Position numbers and translations under genes: made by a program. From a candidate division WWE3 bacterium (lineage in GTDB: Bacteria > Patescibacteriota > WWE3 > UBA101185 > UBA10185), in the NCBI GenBank assembly GCA_945897985.1, contig CAMDGN010000002.1:1-44242 (forward strand): DNA of 44,242 nucleotides, in the 5' to 3' direction. A model generated the notes under the pieces. It saw only the letters and a program-made list of their open reading frames with translations, did no database searches and was not told where the DNA came from. Positions 8,959-18,425 of this stretch are shown here, piece by piece. How positions within the stretch are numbered: the stretch's first letter is position 1; every line of letters starts with the position of its first letter.

Positions 8959-10161
8959 ATGAGAATACTAAGGATTTTTTATGATTGGCCTGGAACTTGG
9001 AATGGTTTGGGTCCTTCAGGATACGAAATTACCAAAGAGCAACTCAATCAAGGTAATAAAATTACATTAATGTGCGGAAATTGGGCTAAAAATCCTCCTG
9101 TTTCTTTACCAAATTTAAATATCATCCCTATTTTTAGGGAACCCATTGAAGGCACTATTTACTTTACATCTTCCATACTTTTATTAATCAAATACTTACT
9201 CTGGAGAAATACATACAAGGTTGATGTAATCCATTCTCATGGTCACTTTGCGATTTGGATTTATCTATACAGGTTAATTTTTAAAAAAATGCTTTTTGCT
9301 AGGTTTGAATTTGAGCCTCTTTTTGTAACCCATTTTCACAACACTTTTGCGGGAAGATGGGATTCACTTAGAAAAGAGAATAAGCCAATTAAATGGTTTT
9401 CTGAAAAAATTGCATGGCCTTTGGGAGTTATGTCAGATAAGTGGGCAGTATCATCGAGTGACCTGTGTGTTTTTGTTTCTCAAAATCTTTTAGATGAGGC
9501 TGTTAAATTTTATGGCGCTGACTTATCCAAATGCGTAGTGTTAGAAAATGGTGTTAACACCGAGCTCTTTAAGAGAGTTAATAGCATTGAAAAGGATAAA
9601 ACTAGGAAAGAGTTGGGTTACGACTTATTTGACACAGTTATTATTAATTATGGCAACATGGTTGGTAGAAAAAATATTGTAAACTTGATTCAGTCCTTAA
9701 GTTATCTTCCTATTAAATATAAACTACTTCTGATAGGTTCTGGGCCAAAGGATTACAAGGATCAAATTGACAAAGTAATTATTGATAACTTATTAGGTTC
9801 AAGGGTTCGAAGAATCCCGTACACCCCTTATACCGATCTACCAATTCCAATCCAAAGTTCTGATATTTTTGTGCTGCCTTCAGATTTTGAGGGCTTGCCA
9901 AAAGTTGTACTTGAAGCTTTATCTTGCGAAATTCCTACCCTTGTATCAGGGTTCAAGTTTACCGATCATGTTGACGGGGTTTATTACTTAGAAAATAAAG
10001 ATCCAAAGACTATTGCGGCTCAAATACAAGAAATTTCCACATCTGAAGTAAAAATGGACATCGATGCTTTCAGGGCTAAGTTTTCCTGGAAAACCAAGAT
10101 GTTCGTGTTAAATAATTTATACCAGAGATTTATCAACGAAAAAAATGCTAAAAATAATTAA
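8959..10161 (+). CDS. GT4 glycosyltransferase
   Basis: PSDFEGLPKVVLEALSCEIPTLVS (EX7E); GT-B length and layout. Confidence 0.75.
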   Translation: MRILRIFYDWPGTWNGLGPSGYEITKEQLNQGNKITLMCGNWAKNPPVSLPNLNIIPIFREPIEGTIYFTSSILLLIKYLLWRNTYKVDVIHSHGHFAIWIYLYRLIFKKMLFARFEFEPLFVTHFHNTFAGRWDSLRKENKPIKWFSEKIAWPLGVMSDKWAVSSSDLCVFVSQNLLDEAVKFYGADLSKCVVLENGVNTELFKRVNSIEKDKTRKELGYDLFDTVIINYGNMVGRKNIVNLIQSLSYLPIKYKLLLIGSGPKDYKDQIDKVIIDNLLGSRVRRIPYTPYTDLPIPIQSSDIFVLPSDFEGLPKVVLEALSCEIPTLVSGFKFTDHVDGVYYLENKDPKTIAAQIQEISTSEVKMDIDAFRAKFSWKTKMFVLNNLYQRFINEKNAKNN

Positions 10162-11725
10162 TTTTTTAACTAAATATAAGTATATTATTTTTATAATTTT
10201 ATATCTTGTATTCAGAGTCGCTATTTTGAACATAAATTCAGCTGAATGGGGGGATAGTTACAGAATTTTACGAGCTACAGATTATTTAAAATCTTTTACC
10301 TACCCTTCCGATGAGAAAAGACCTCCGTTATTTTCGGCTCTATTACTTCTCAATCCTTTGAATGACGCAATAGCTGGATCTAGGGTAATAATGCTTTTAC
10401 TCTCGTTACTCATACTCACTTCTTTTTACTTTCTTCTAAAGCAAATTAATTTTAGCCTAACTGAAAACCAAAGATTTTTTTCAATGGTATTTTTAGCAAT
10501 CAATCCTTTATTTTTGTATTGGTCTATAAGAGTCTATGCTGATAGTTTGTTTTTACTTTTAATGCTTTTAAGTTTAAACATTTTCTACCTATACCAGAAA
10601 CATTTTTATCGTTTTCTGCTTCCAGCACTTTCCTTTATAGCAATACTCGCTGTCTTAACTAGGTTCGAAGGTTACATTCTTTTTGCTTGTGTATTTTTAG
10701 CGATCCTTTTAAGTGTTAAGAGGAAATTTGAGACATTATTTTATTTGATACCATTTATTTTCTTCCTTTTCTTGATAATTTATTTTCCTCAATACTCCTT
10801 TTATAAAAATCCTATTGGCTCAAGTTACGTTGACGAAGCTGTTGGAAGGGTAATCTCCCTTAGGGAAATATTTAATTTTGGATTGCAGTACCTGTTTTTA
10901 TTAGGAAATTTATATACTATTTATTTTCTAGCTTTTTCAAAAAATCTAATTCTTCGATTCTTTAAAGATAATCTAATTATTCTTTTCATTTTACTTGTTC
11001 ATTCAGCTCTATCTTTTGTTTGGTTTGCTGCCGTGCCTAGGTTATTTTTACCAATACTCCCATTTCTTTGTATTTTATTTGTTATAGGGTTTGAAACATT
11101 TTTTAATCTTACTTCTCGTATTTCAACCAGCGTTTATTTGAAAAATTTTTGGAGGAGAGAATATCTTCACTACCTAACCCCAGTTCTATTACTTATTACC
11201 TACGCTTTGGGCCAAGCCTACTTAAAATTACCTTTCCTATTAACTAATTTGGTCTATTTCTCTTTAATTCTGGTTTATTCGGCACTCTTGCTCTTGGTTA
11301 TTTTCTACCACTATAAAAAAGTGTTTATATTACTAGTTATAGTTTTTAACCTTGTTTGGGGATATATGTTTATTTCCCTTGAAAAAGATACATTAAAAGT
11401 ATTAAATACCGCTACTTTATTTTTTATTGACAATTACAGCCCTTCCGGAAATGTACTTACTAATGACATCTCCAGTATCACGAGATACTACCTAGGTGAC
11501 AAGCACTACCAAACCGGACTGTTAACCAAAGGAAGAGACTTATCTGATGTTATAAAGATGAATAACATTGAATATGTAATTGTTACCAACGAGCAAAATC
11601 CTGAGATGTCTTTCACACCCTCTAAACACCCATACCTGACAATCCTGAAAGAATTTAGGCAGGTAATTGGCGGTAAAGAGTTTTATACTTATATTGCTAG
11701 AGTTAACGTACCGCTGGTTAAATGA
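10145..11725 (+). CDS. GT-C-fold integral membrane glycosyltransferase (ArnT/PMT_2-like)
   Basis: 526 aa, at least 11 TM helices. The first loop has acidic residues and a PPL motif (NSAEWGDSYRILRA...EKRPPLFSALL) as in ArnT/PMT_2 enzymes. Soluble C-terminal tail of about 100 aa. Confidence 0.6.
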   Translation: MLKIINFLTKYKYIIFIILYLVFRVAILNINSAEWGDSYRILRATDYLKSFTYPSDEKRPPLFSALLLLNPLNDAIAGSRVIMLLLSLLILTSFYFLLKQINFSLTENQRFFSMVFLAINPLFLYWSIRVYADSLFLLLMLLSLNIFYLYQKHFYRFLLPALSFIAILAVLTRFEGYILFACVFLAILLSVKRKFETLFYLIPFIFFLFLIIYFPQYSFYKNPIGSSYVDEAVGRVISLREIFNFGLQYLFLLGNLYTIYFLAFSKNLILRFFKDNLIILFILLVHSALSFVWFAAVPRLFLPILPFLCILFVIGFETFFNLTSRISTSVYLKNFWRREYLHYLTPVLLLITYALGQAYLKLPFLLTNLVYFSLILVYSALLLLVIFYHYKKVFILLVIVFNLVWGYMFISLEKDTLKVLNTATLFFIDNYSPSGNVLTNDISSITRYYLGDKHYQTGLLTKGRDLSDVIKMNNIEYVIVTNEQNPEMSFTPSKHPYLTILKEFRQVIGGKEFYTYIARVNVPLVK

Positions 11726-11731
11726 TAGAAT
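11723..11731 (+). promoter_or_regulatory. Putative extended -10 box (TGATAGAAT), 5 nt upstream of ATG 11737
   Basis: TGA (the upstream stop) supplies the TGn element; TAGAAT-aatgt-ATG. No SD. Confidence 0.45.
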
Positions 11732-11736
11732 AATGT

Positions 11737-12423
11737 ATGCTTTTATCTATTGTTATACCCGTTTATAACGAAAAAAATACTGTTTCAGATATTATTAAAA
11801 AGATAGATTCCCTTCCCACCAGTTTAAATAGAGAGTTAATTATAGTTGACGATGGTTCAACTGACGGAACTAGGGAAATCTTAAAATCCCTAGAAAGTCG
11901 AAGTGACGTTAAATTAATTTATAAGGAGTCAAATTCTGGAAAAGGGGATAGTTTAAAACTAGGATTTAAAAATTCAAAAGGGGATTATGTAATTGTTCAA
12001 GATGCTGATTTAGAGTATGAGCCTGAAGATTACTTTAAGCTTCTTGAGGCAATTGATGGGAAAGATAATACTATTATCTATGGTTCGAGATTTATGGGCC
12101 ATTATGAGGAAATGTCTCCTCTTCACTACTATGGCAATAAATTTTTAACTTCAATCACAAATATTCTATACGGTGTTGCGCTAAGTGATATGGAAACTTG
12201 TTACAAATTGTTTCCAGGCAATTTTATTAGGAGCTTAAATTTAAAGGCTAATCGATTTGATTTTGAACCTGAGATAACTGCTAAAGTTTTAAAATCTGGG
12301 TATAAAATAATTGAAGTACCTATTAGATATTATGGTAGAAAGCATTCCGAAGGTAAAAAGATTACTTGGAAAGACGGTTTTAATGCCATCTATTCCCTAG
12401 TTAAATACAAGTTCAATGACTAA
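11737..12423 (+). CDS. GT2 glycosyltransferase (soluble Dpm1-like core; candidate polyprenyl-phosphate-sugar synthase)
   Basis: LSIVIPVYNEKNTV, IVDDGSTDGT, VQDADLEYEPEDY, GSRF. 228 aa, no TM. Confidence 0.75.
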   Translation: MLLSIVIPVYNEKNTVSDIIKKIDSLPTSLNRELIIVDDGSTDGTREILKSLESRSDVKLIYKESNSGKGDSLKLGFKNSKGDYVIVQDADLEYEPEDYFKLLEAIDGKDNTIIYGSRFMGHYEEMSPLHYYGNKFLTSITNILYGVALSDMETCYKLFPGNFIRSLNLKANRFDFEPEITAKVLKSGYKIIEVPIRYYGRKHSEGKKITWKDGFNAIYSLVKYKFND

Positions 12424-14506
12424 ATTTATTAAAAAATTATTACAATTTGATCGGTATTATTTAGTTCTAATTATATTCTCTGTTGTTGTTTTTGCTTCAA
12501 TGTTGAAAATAAATTTTTTCAGATATAACAACTTTGACATGGGTAAATTTGACTTAGGCAACATGACTCAAATGTCTTGGTATTCTTTGAAAGGTAAGTT
12601 TATGTATCTTACTGATTACTTTGGTTCTAATGTTCCAAGATGGAGCATGAGTCATGTTGACCCCATCTTAGTTTTATTTATTCCGTTCTTCTATCTTATT
12701 CCTGAACCTCTAACTTTAGTTATTTTACAAAATTTACTTATAATTCTCGGAGTTTTTTTTGTTTATAAAATAGCTCTTCTTAAAACCTCTAATAAAGTGT
12801 TTTCTTTATTTATTTCCTTAGCCTATCTTTCATACCCAGCCTTGGGATTTGTAATTTCCTGGACTGGCTATCACGGTGTAAGTCCTGCAATTTTCTTTTT
12901 CCTCTGGTTTTTTTACCTATTTGAAAAATATAGAAGCTCTGATTCTGTGCTAACTTATAAAAACTACTTTTATCTAATTATACTTTTAGTTGCAACTCTA
13001 TCCGGTAAAGAGCAGATTTCTCTATACTTTATTGTTCTTGGGGCTTACATTTTTCTGACATCTAAATATAAAAAATTTGGCTTATTTGTATCTTTATTTA
13101 GTTTGATTTGGTTTGTGGTTTGTTTTTTTATAATAATCCCAGCCTATGCTCCCGTTAGAGTTCAATCCTTTGAGAGATTTATGGTGGATCTTAATTTAAG
13201 TAAGGAGGATATACCAAACGTTTATAGTTCAAATTACTTCTTATCTAGATATTCTGAGTTTGGAGATTCCTATTCTGAAATAATCAAAAATATGGTTTTT
13301 GACCCGGTTAAAACCGCGTCAATTTTTATTTCAGGTGATAAGTTAGATAACCTAAACTTAACGTTTGGCCCTCTACTATACTTACCATTTCTTTTCCCAT
13401 TAATTCTTTTAGTTGCTTTTCCTGATTTACTGATTAACTACTCAACTACCCAAGGGGGAATTGGTACTTCTGAAATTTATAACCACAGAATTTCAATGAT
13501 AATTCCAGTTTTATTCCTTAGCTCGATATATGGAATTGCCTTTCTTTCCAAATTCTTCAAACATTTCTTACAGGAAAAATACAATAAAATAATTATTTCG
13601 TTACTAGGCTTGATTTTATTTTTAAGCAATATTTACTTTTCAATGTATGTAGGAGAAAAGAACCCTATTTTTTCTTGGATAGTGGAGGCTGTAAACAAAA
13701 GAGTGTTTGCTAAATCTGAACCAAGCTTGATTGACAAAAAATTAAAAGTCGGCGAGGTAACTCGAGTTAATCCTCTAGATGAAAATGATAGAGATTGTGT
13801 TAAAAAAATAATTCAACAAATTCCCCCTTTAGTTTCTGTTTCTGGACCTGATTTTATGGGAAGCCATTTAGCTCAAAGAGAAACTTACGCCATCTTTCCT
13901 GCAGGAAAGAATACTTCAGATTATTTAATAATTGATATTTATTCTAAAAAATTACTTAGAATACTTGAATTAGACTACTCCTTAAGTAAAGATTTTATAG
14001 GTGATACCTTTGCTTCAAACGATTATGATCTTAATTTTGCTTGTGGAAACTTGATGGTTTTGACCCGAACACCTAACAAGACTACTCAAAATGAACCTAA
14101 TAAGTTAGCACCATTTCAAAGATACTCAACTTACCCAATCAAGTTTAATTATGAAATTTACAATAAATTAACAGTTGTTGATTATGAATTTAATAAAGAA
14201 ATTACCTCAAACCAAAAAATGAGTTTAAGGTACGTTTATCAGAGGAAGGGTAGTAAGGAGCTAAACGATTTCGTATTATTTACAACCTTAGTTAACAAGT
14301 CTAATGGTGAGATTTTCCAGGTAGTAAATTACCCTGCCTTTGTGTTCTCTGAGTTAGAAACTTTTAAGCAAGATAAATTTTACGAGGAGAAGTTTGATAT
14401 TGTTATCCCTCCATACCTTGAAAAAGGTACCTATATGGTTTTTGTTGGAATGGATAACAAAATTAATACTAGAAGTTTATATCTAGGAGACACCGAACTT
14501 AAATGA
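12416..14506 (+). CDS. DUF2079-family polytopic membrane protein (GT-C-like) with an extra C-terminal extracytoplasmic domain
   Basis: FDMGKFDLGNMTQMSWY...SHVDPILVLFIPFFYLIPEPLTLVILQNLLI...SHLAQRETYAIFP...DYLIIDI matches my recollection of the DUF2079 pattern (FDLG..Q..W, H..PIL, P.P..L..Q, HL..R...Y.FP). 696 aa, with about 170 aa beyond the family core. Confidence 0.6.
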   Translation: MTKFIKKLLQFDRYYLVLIIFSVVVFASMLKINFFRYNNFDMGKFDLGNMTQMSWYSLKGKFMYLTDYFGSNVPRWSMSHVDPILVLFIPFFYLIPEPLTLVILQNLLIILGVFFVYKIALLKTSNKVFSLFISLAYLSYPALGFVISWTGYHGVSPAIFFFLWFFYLFEKYRSSDSVLTYKNYFYLIILLVATLSGKEQISLYFIVLGAYIFLTSKYKKFGLFVSLFSLIWFVVCFFIIIPAYAPVRVQSFERFMVDLNLSKEDIPNVYSSNYFLSRYSEFGDSYSEIIKNMVFDPVKTASIFISGDKLDNLNLTFGPLLYLPFLFPLILLVAFPDLLINYSTTQGGIGTSEIYNHRISMIIPVLFLSSIYGIAFLSKFFKHFLQEKYNKIIISLLGLILFLSNIYFSMYVGEKNPIFSWIVEAVNKRVFAKSEPSLIDKKLKVGEVTRVNPLDENDRDCVKKIIQQIPPLVSVSGPDFMGSHLAQRETYAIFPAGKNTSDYLIIDIYSKKLLRILELDYSLSKDFIGDTFASNDYDLNFACGNLMVLTRTPNKTTQNEPNKLAPFQRYSTYPIKFNYEIYNKLTVVDYEFNKEITSNQKMSLRYVYQRKGSKELNDFVLFTTLVNKSNGEIFQVVNYPAFVFSELETFKQDKFYEEKFDIVIPPYLEKGTYMVFVGMDNKINTRSLYLGDTELK

Positions 14507-15978
14507 GTAACTTATTAAGACTTCAAGTTGTCAGTTTTATATCCAGAATTATCGCTATGTTTAGCGGTATTTTTCAATCTTTAATCATTGTTAATTTACT
14601 ATCAGTTAAAGAGTTTGGTTTAATTGGGTTGGTTACCTCAATTGCAGGAATAGCAGGGATCACCCAACATTTAGGTTTGGCTTCATCCTCTACAAAAGAG
14701 ATTTCTAGCGCCAAATCCTCGAAAGATGTTATTCATATTGTCTTAGCCTCACTATCTATCAGGTTTTTAATAACTTTTCCTGTAGCTATAATATTGTATT
14801 TCTTTGCTCCTCAAATTGCAGCTTATTATCAAAATCCTGACTTAATTTTCCCCCTTAAAGTTTTTGCTGCTGTAACAGTAATTCAGGCCTTTCAAAGTAT
14901 TTTTAATTCTGTTATTTCAGGAACTCATAGATTCAAAGAGTTGTTTACCTATCAAGTAGTTATCTCATTTGTTAGTGTTTTAATATATGTTCCACTTATT
15001 TATAAGTACAGGCTAGATGGCTTTTTTTACTCGTTAGTTATTTTTAATTTAGTTCAAACTTTAGTCTTAGGGTATTTAGCGTTCAAGGATATTGGTTTGA
15101 GGTTTGAATTTCCCACTAAAACAGAGTTTTTTAGCTTAGTAAAAAATTTACTTAAAATATCCTTAGCAATTTATTTTGTTAAAATTTTATTTACTGCTTG
15201 GCAAGAGATTCCGGTAGCCGTTTTGGGTAAACAATATTCTTTAGAGTTACTTGCATTATTTACATTCGCTTTTAATTTTTCCTCTAAATTAATGTCGATC
15301 TCAGATTCCGTTACTGATGTAAATCTTCCTGTTTATTCGAAGAAGTTTGAAGACAAAGATTTTTTTGAGCATTTTAGTCAAAATTTTAATGTTCTTTTCC
15401 ATTTTATTTTCTTTGTAGGTATTTCAGCTTCCTACTGGGCTAAAGAGATTTTACAGGTAGCTGATCTGATGATTTACAAAGTCGGTGCTGTCTTGTCGCT
15501 AGAATTATCCAAAAATATTTACGAAAGATACCAAGAAGCGCTGATATTGTTCTTACCTTTGATTCTTTCAATAGTTTTTTATTCTTATTTAAACATTCTA
15601 AAGTCTTCGATTTTCGTTCCGCTCGAGAAGTTAAGGAAGATGATGATTAGCTACCTATTACTTATTTTTGGATCTTTTTTAACTTATTTAATTTGTATAA
15701 ATCTACTACCTGGTTTAATTTCTATGTCTATAGCTCTAGCAGTGGGTTCTTTTATAGCTTTTGTTTATGCCGCATACTTTATCTACATAACTTACGGAAC
15801 CAATATCTTCAGTCTTAAGAAGATCTACTTTTCAATTTTATCTATATTTGTGGGCTATTCTGCAATTTATTTTTCCGATATGGGGTTAATTGAAAAATCG
15901 TTGATTTATTTAACTTATTTCATTTTCCTAACTTTTATATTTAAAGTTAATGTTATTAAGTTAATATTAAAGAGATAA
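14503..15978 (+). CDS. MOP-superfamily polysaccharide flippase (Wzx-like)
   Basis: 491 aa, about 12-14 TM. N-terminus SFISRIIAMFSGIFQSLIIVNLLSVKEFGLIGL is typical of Wzx/polysaccharide biosynthesis proteins. ATGA overlap with the upstream gene. Confidence 0.65.
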   Translation: MSNLLRLQVVSFISRIIAMFSGIFQSLIIVNLLSVKEFGLIGLVTSIAGIAGITQHLGLASSSTKEISSAKSSKDVIHIVLASLSIRFLITFPVAIILYFFAPQIAAYYQNPDLIFPLKVFAAVTVIQAFQSIFNSVISGTHRFKELFTYQVVISFVSVLIYVPLIYKYRLDGFFYSLVIFNLVQTLVLGYLAFKDIGLRFEFPTKTEFFSLVKNLLKISLAIYFVKILFTAWQEIPVAVLGKQYSLELLALFTFAFNFSSKLMSISDSVTDVNLPVYSKKFEDKDFFEHFSQNFNVLFHFIFFVGISASYWAKEILQVADLMIYKVGAVLSLELSKNIYERYQEALILFLPLILSIVFYSYLNILKSSIFVPLEKLRKMMISYLLLIFGSFLTYLICINLLPGLISMSIALAVGSFIAFVYAAYFIYITYGTNIFSLKKIYFSILSIFVGYSAIYFSDMGLIEKSLIYLTYFIFLTFIFKVNVIKLILKR

Positions 15979-16877
15979 TGAAGAAATACCTAAAACTCAC
16001 CTTAAAAATAATTATTAGTACCTCTTTGATTGGGTATCTTCTTTTATCAACAGATATAAGCAAGGTACTTGATATTTTATTTCGAGTTAACCCCTTCTAC
16101 TTTTTTGTTGCCTCTATTCTAATTATTGTTAATTATGTATTTTCATCATTTAGATGGAGATATTTAGTTTTAGATTCAAAAATTTCTATTATTTACATGA
16201 TTAAACTTTATTTTATTGGTTCTTTTTTTAATAACTTTTTACCAACTTCCATCGGAGGGGACGCCTATAAGATTATGAAGTTGGGTGAGAAGCTTGGATC
16301 TAAAACTAATTCATTTACAGCAACTTTCCTTGAGAGATTTATTGGCATGATTGCATTACTTGTAATATCTCTTTATGGTTACCTAACTTTTTCAAATCTA
16401 AACATAATGAGCTTTTTGATGGTATTTATATTGGTTATTCTTAGTTTCTTTGCTTATTTAATTTTCTATCCCAAATTTACTTTTAAACCAAAGCTCTTAC
16501 TTAAATTATTTGATGTTTTAGATAAAATTCATGCCTCCTTTATGAGATATAAAAAAGAGCCAATGTTACTTGGTTATTCGTTTTTAGCTAGTTTAGTGGT
16601 ACAGGTGTCGGCTATTTTTACACAATATTATATCTTTAAGTCCCTTGAGGTAACTTTACCAGTGGACTTTTCTCTTTTTGCTTTTCCAATTATTTTTCTT
16701 TCTGGTTATGCAATTCCATCTTTAAACGGTATTGGATCTCAAGAAGTTTTATATACCTCATTCTTTTCTACAATTGGTGTGGCTGCGGGCATTTGTATAG
16801 CTGCATCCTTCCTTTACCATATCTCACGATTAGTAGTTAGTTTAATTGGTGGCTTATTATATCTAAATGAAAAATAA
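15978..16877 (+). CDS. Flippase-like membrane protein (UPF0104 / lysyl-PG synthase TM-region family)
   Basis: 299 aa, about 8 TM. Characteristic motif FFNNFLPTSIGGDAYKIMKL. Confidence 0.65.
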   Translation: MKKYLKLTLKIIISTSLIGYLLLSTDISKVLDILFRVNPFYFFVASILIIVNYVFSSFRWRYLVLDSKISIIYMIKLYFIGSFFNNFLPTSIGGDAYKIMKLGEKLGSKTNSFTATFLERFIGMIALLVISLYGYLTFSNLNIMSFLMVFILVILSFFAYLIFYPKFTFKPKLLLKLFDVLDKIHASFMRYKKEPMLLGYSFLASLVVQVSAIFTQYYIFKSLEVTLPVDFSLFAFPIIFLSGYAIPSLNGIGSQEVLYTSFFSTIGVAAGICIAASFLYHISRLVVSLIGGLLYLNEK

Positions 16878-18345
16878 ACTTTTAAACTCCCTTAACAACC
16901 GATTGGTTCTATTTTTAACAATCTTCATTTTTAGTGTTGTAATTAGATTGTATTATTTAGGGTATGAGTCAATTAACCCTGATGCTGTAAATTGGCATTA
17001 CAGATGTCAGCAGTTTGCAAACGGAATTAAGTACCTTCAGTTCGAGAAAACATATCCTCACTACCATCCTGGAGTTACTTTGTGCTATACCATGTCTGTT
17101 CCGACGGAAATTTATAAACAAATTACCGGCCAAATTTACAATAGTAATACTTATTTAAATTTTAATTTTGTAAACTCCCTTTCGTTAATTTTTGTTGTTT
17201 CATTTCTAATTTCTTTAATTGCATTACAGTTTTCACTTAGAGAAGGGGTGCTATTTAGCTTGATTTTAAATCTTGAACCTTTCTTTTTTGGCAATAGTAA
17301 GTTAATTCATTTGGATACGCTTTTATCCTTATTTATCTTTCTATCCTTAATTTTTATTAAAAACTATTTAAATTCCAATTCTAAAAAAGATTTGATTTAT
17401 TCCGGTTTGTTTTTAGCGCTTGGCTTTTTAACTAAGAGTGTTGCTATAGTTTTCTTTCCTTTTTCTCTAATTGGAATTTACCTTTTATCAAAATCCAGTA
17501 AGTTGAAAAACGTCAGTGTTTATTTAGCTTCTTTTATACTTACAGTTTTCATCCTGTTTCCTGCTATGTGGGTGGCTCCGGTACAAACTATTACTAGAAT
17601 CTTTAAAGAGGCTGACCGAGTTGGGGTTAGAACCGGTCACTCTGAGTTTTTCCTAGGAGAGTACTATGATGACACCTCAGATCCCGGTTTACTTTTCTAT
17701 CCGGTTGATGCCCTGATTAAGTATTCCCCGTTGATAATTTTCGGTATCTTTTTAATTGCAGTTTGTATTTTTAAATTTATTCAGAATAATCTTTCTTTTA
17801 AGAAGTTTTTAAATTTTGAGGTATTTCTATTACTAATTTACTTTGTTTACTTATTCGTAATTTTTTACTCAGATAAGAAAGTTGACAGATACCTACTAGT
17901 TCTACTGCCTCCAATTTTCTACTTTTTAGCTCACAATTTCAGTAAGCATGTTAAAACTATACTTGCTTTGTTGGTTGTGAACTTTATTTCAATGGTTTAT
18001 TTTTCACCGTTTCAATTTTTGTATTTCTCCCCAATTTTAATGAATTACACTAATGTTAATAATCTTGTAGGACAAAAATCTTTTGGAATGGGAATGTACG
18101 ACTTGAGGGAATATTTAAAAACTAATTATGGAGAGAAACATTTAGGTTTTTATGATATCAAGCCGATGGAAACAATTTATCCAAACTCAAAAGTCCACGA
18201 TATAAGAGAAACATCGCAATCTAAAGTAGATATCGTTATACTTTCTGTGAATGAAGTAATGCCTGAGAAATATACTCAGTTTACGAAGAAAGAAAGTTTT
18301 GTTATTAAGGGCATTCCTCTATATGATATCTATACCAAGAATTAA
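16867..18345 (+). CDS. GT-C-fold membrane glycosyltransferase (GT39/GT83, PMT_2-like), paralog A
   Basis: 492 aa polytopic. First-loop Asp (INPDAVNW, Asp codon 16981-16983), YPHYHPGVTL, HLDTLLSLFIF, FLTKSVAIVFFPF. Collinear with the next gene. Confidence 0.65.
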   Translation: MKNKLLNSLNNRLVLFLTIFIFSVVIRLYYLGYESINPDAVNWHYRCQQFANGIKYLQFEKTYPHYHPGVTLCYTMSVPTEIYKQITGQIYNSNTYLNFNFVNSLSLIFVVSFLISLIALQFSLREGVLFSLILNLEPFFFGNSKLIHLDTLLSLFIFLSLIFIKNYLNSNSKKDLIYSGLFLALGFLTKSVAIVFFPFSLIGIYLLSKSSKLKNVSVYLASFILTVFILFPAMWVAPVQTITRIFKEADRVGVRTGHSEFFLGEYYDDTSDPGLLFYPVDALIKYSPLIIFGIFLIAVCIFKFIQNNLSFKKFLNFEVFLLLIYFVYLFVIFYSDKKVDRYLLVLLPPIFYFLAHNFSKHVKTILALLVVNFISMVYFSPFQFLYFSPILMNYTNVNNLVGQKSFGMGMYDLREYLKTNYGEKHLGFYDIKPMETIYPNSKVHDIRETSQSKVDIVILSVNEVMPEKYTQFTKKESFVIKGIPLYDIYTKN

Positions 18346-18425
18346 TTTTTCAAGCAAAGGCGGCTATTTTTAATAACATGTTGGTTTTACTTAATCTTTA
18401 AGTAGTCATAATTTTAGTTATAATA

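Noticed and set aside
18419-18424. TATAAT immediately upstream of the 18426 GT-C gene, considered as another leaderless promoter
   Set aside because: The spacing is wrong: 1 nt to ATG 18426 and 13 nt to ATG 18438. The 18438 start has its own GAGG SD. An internal promoter in the 80-bp gap is plausible but I cannot place it.
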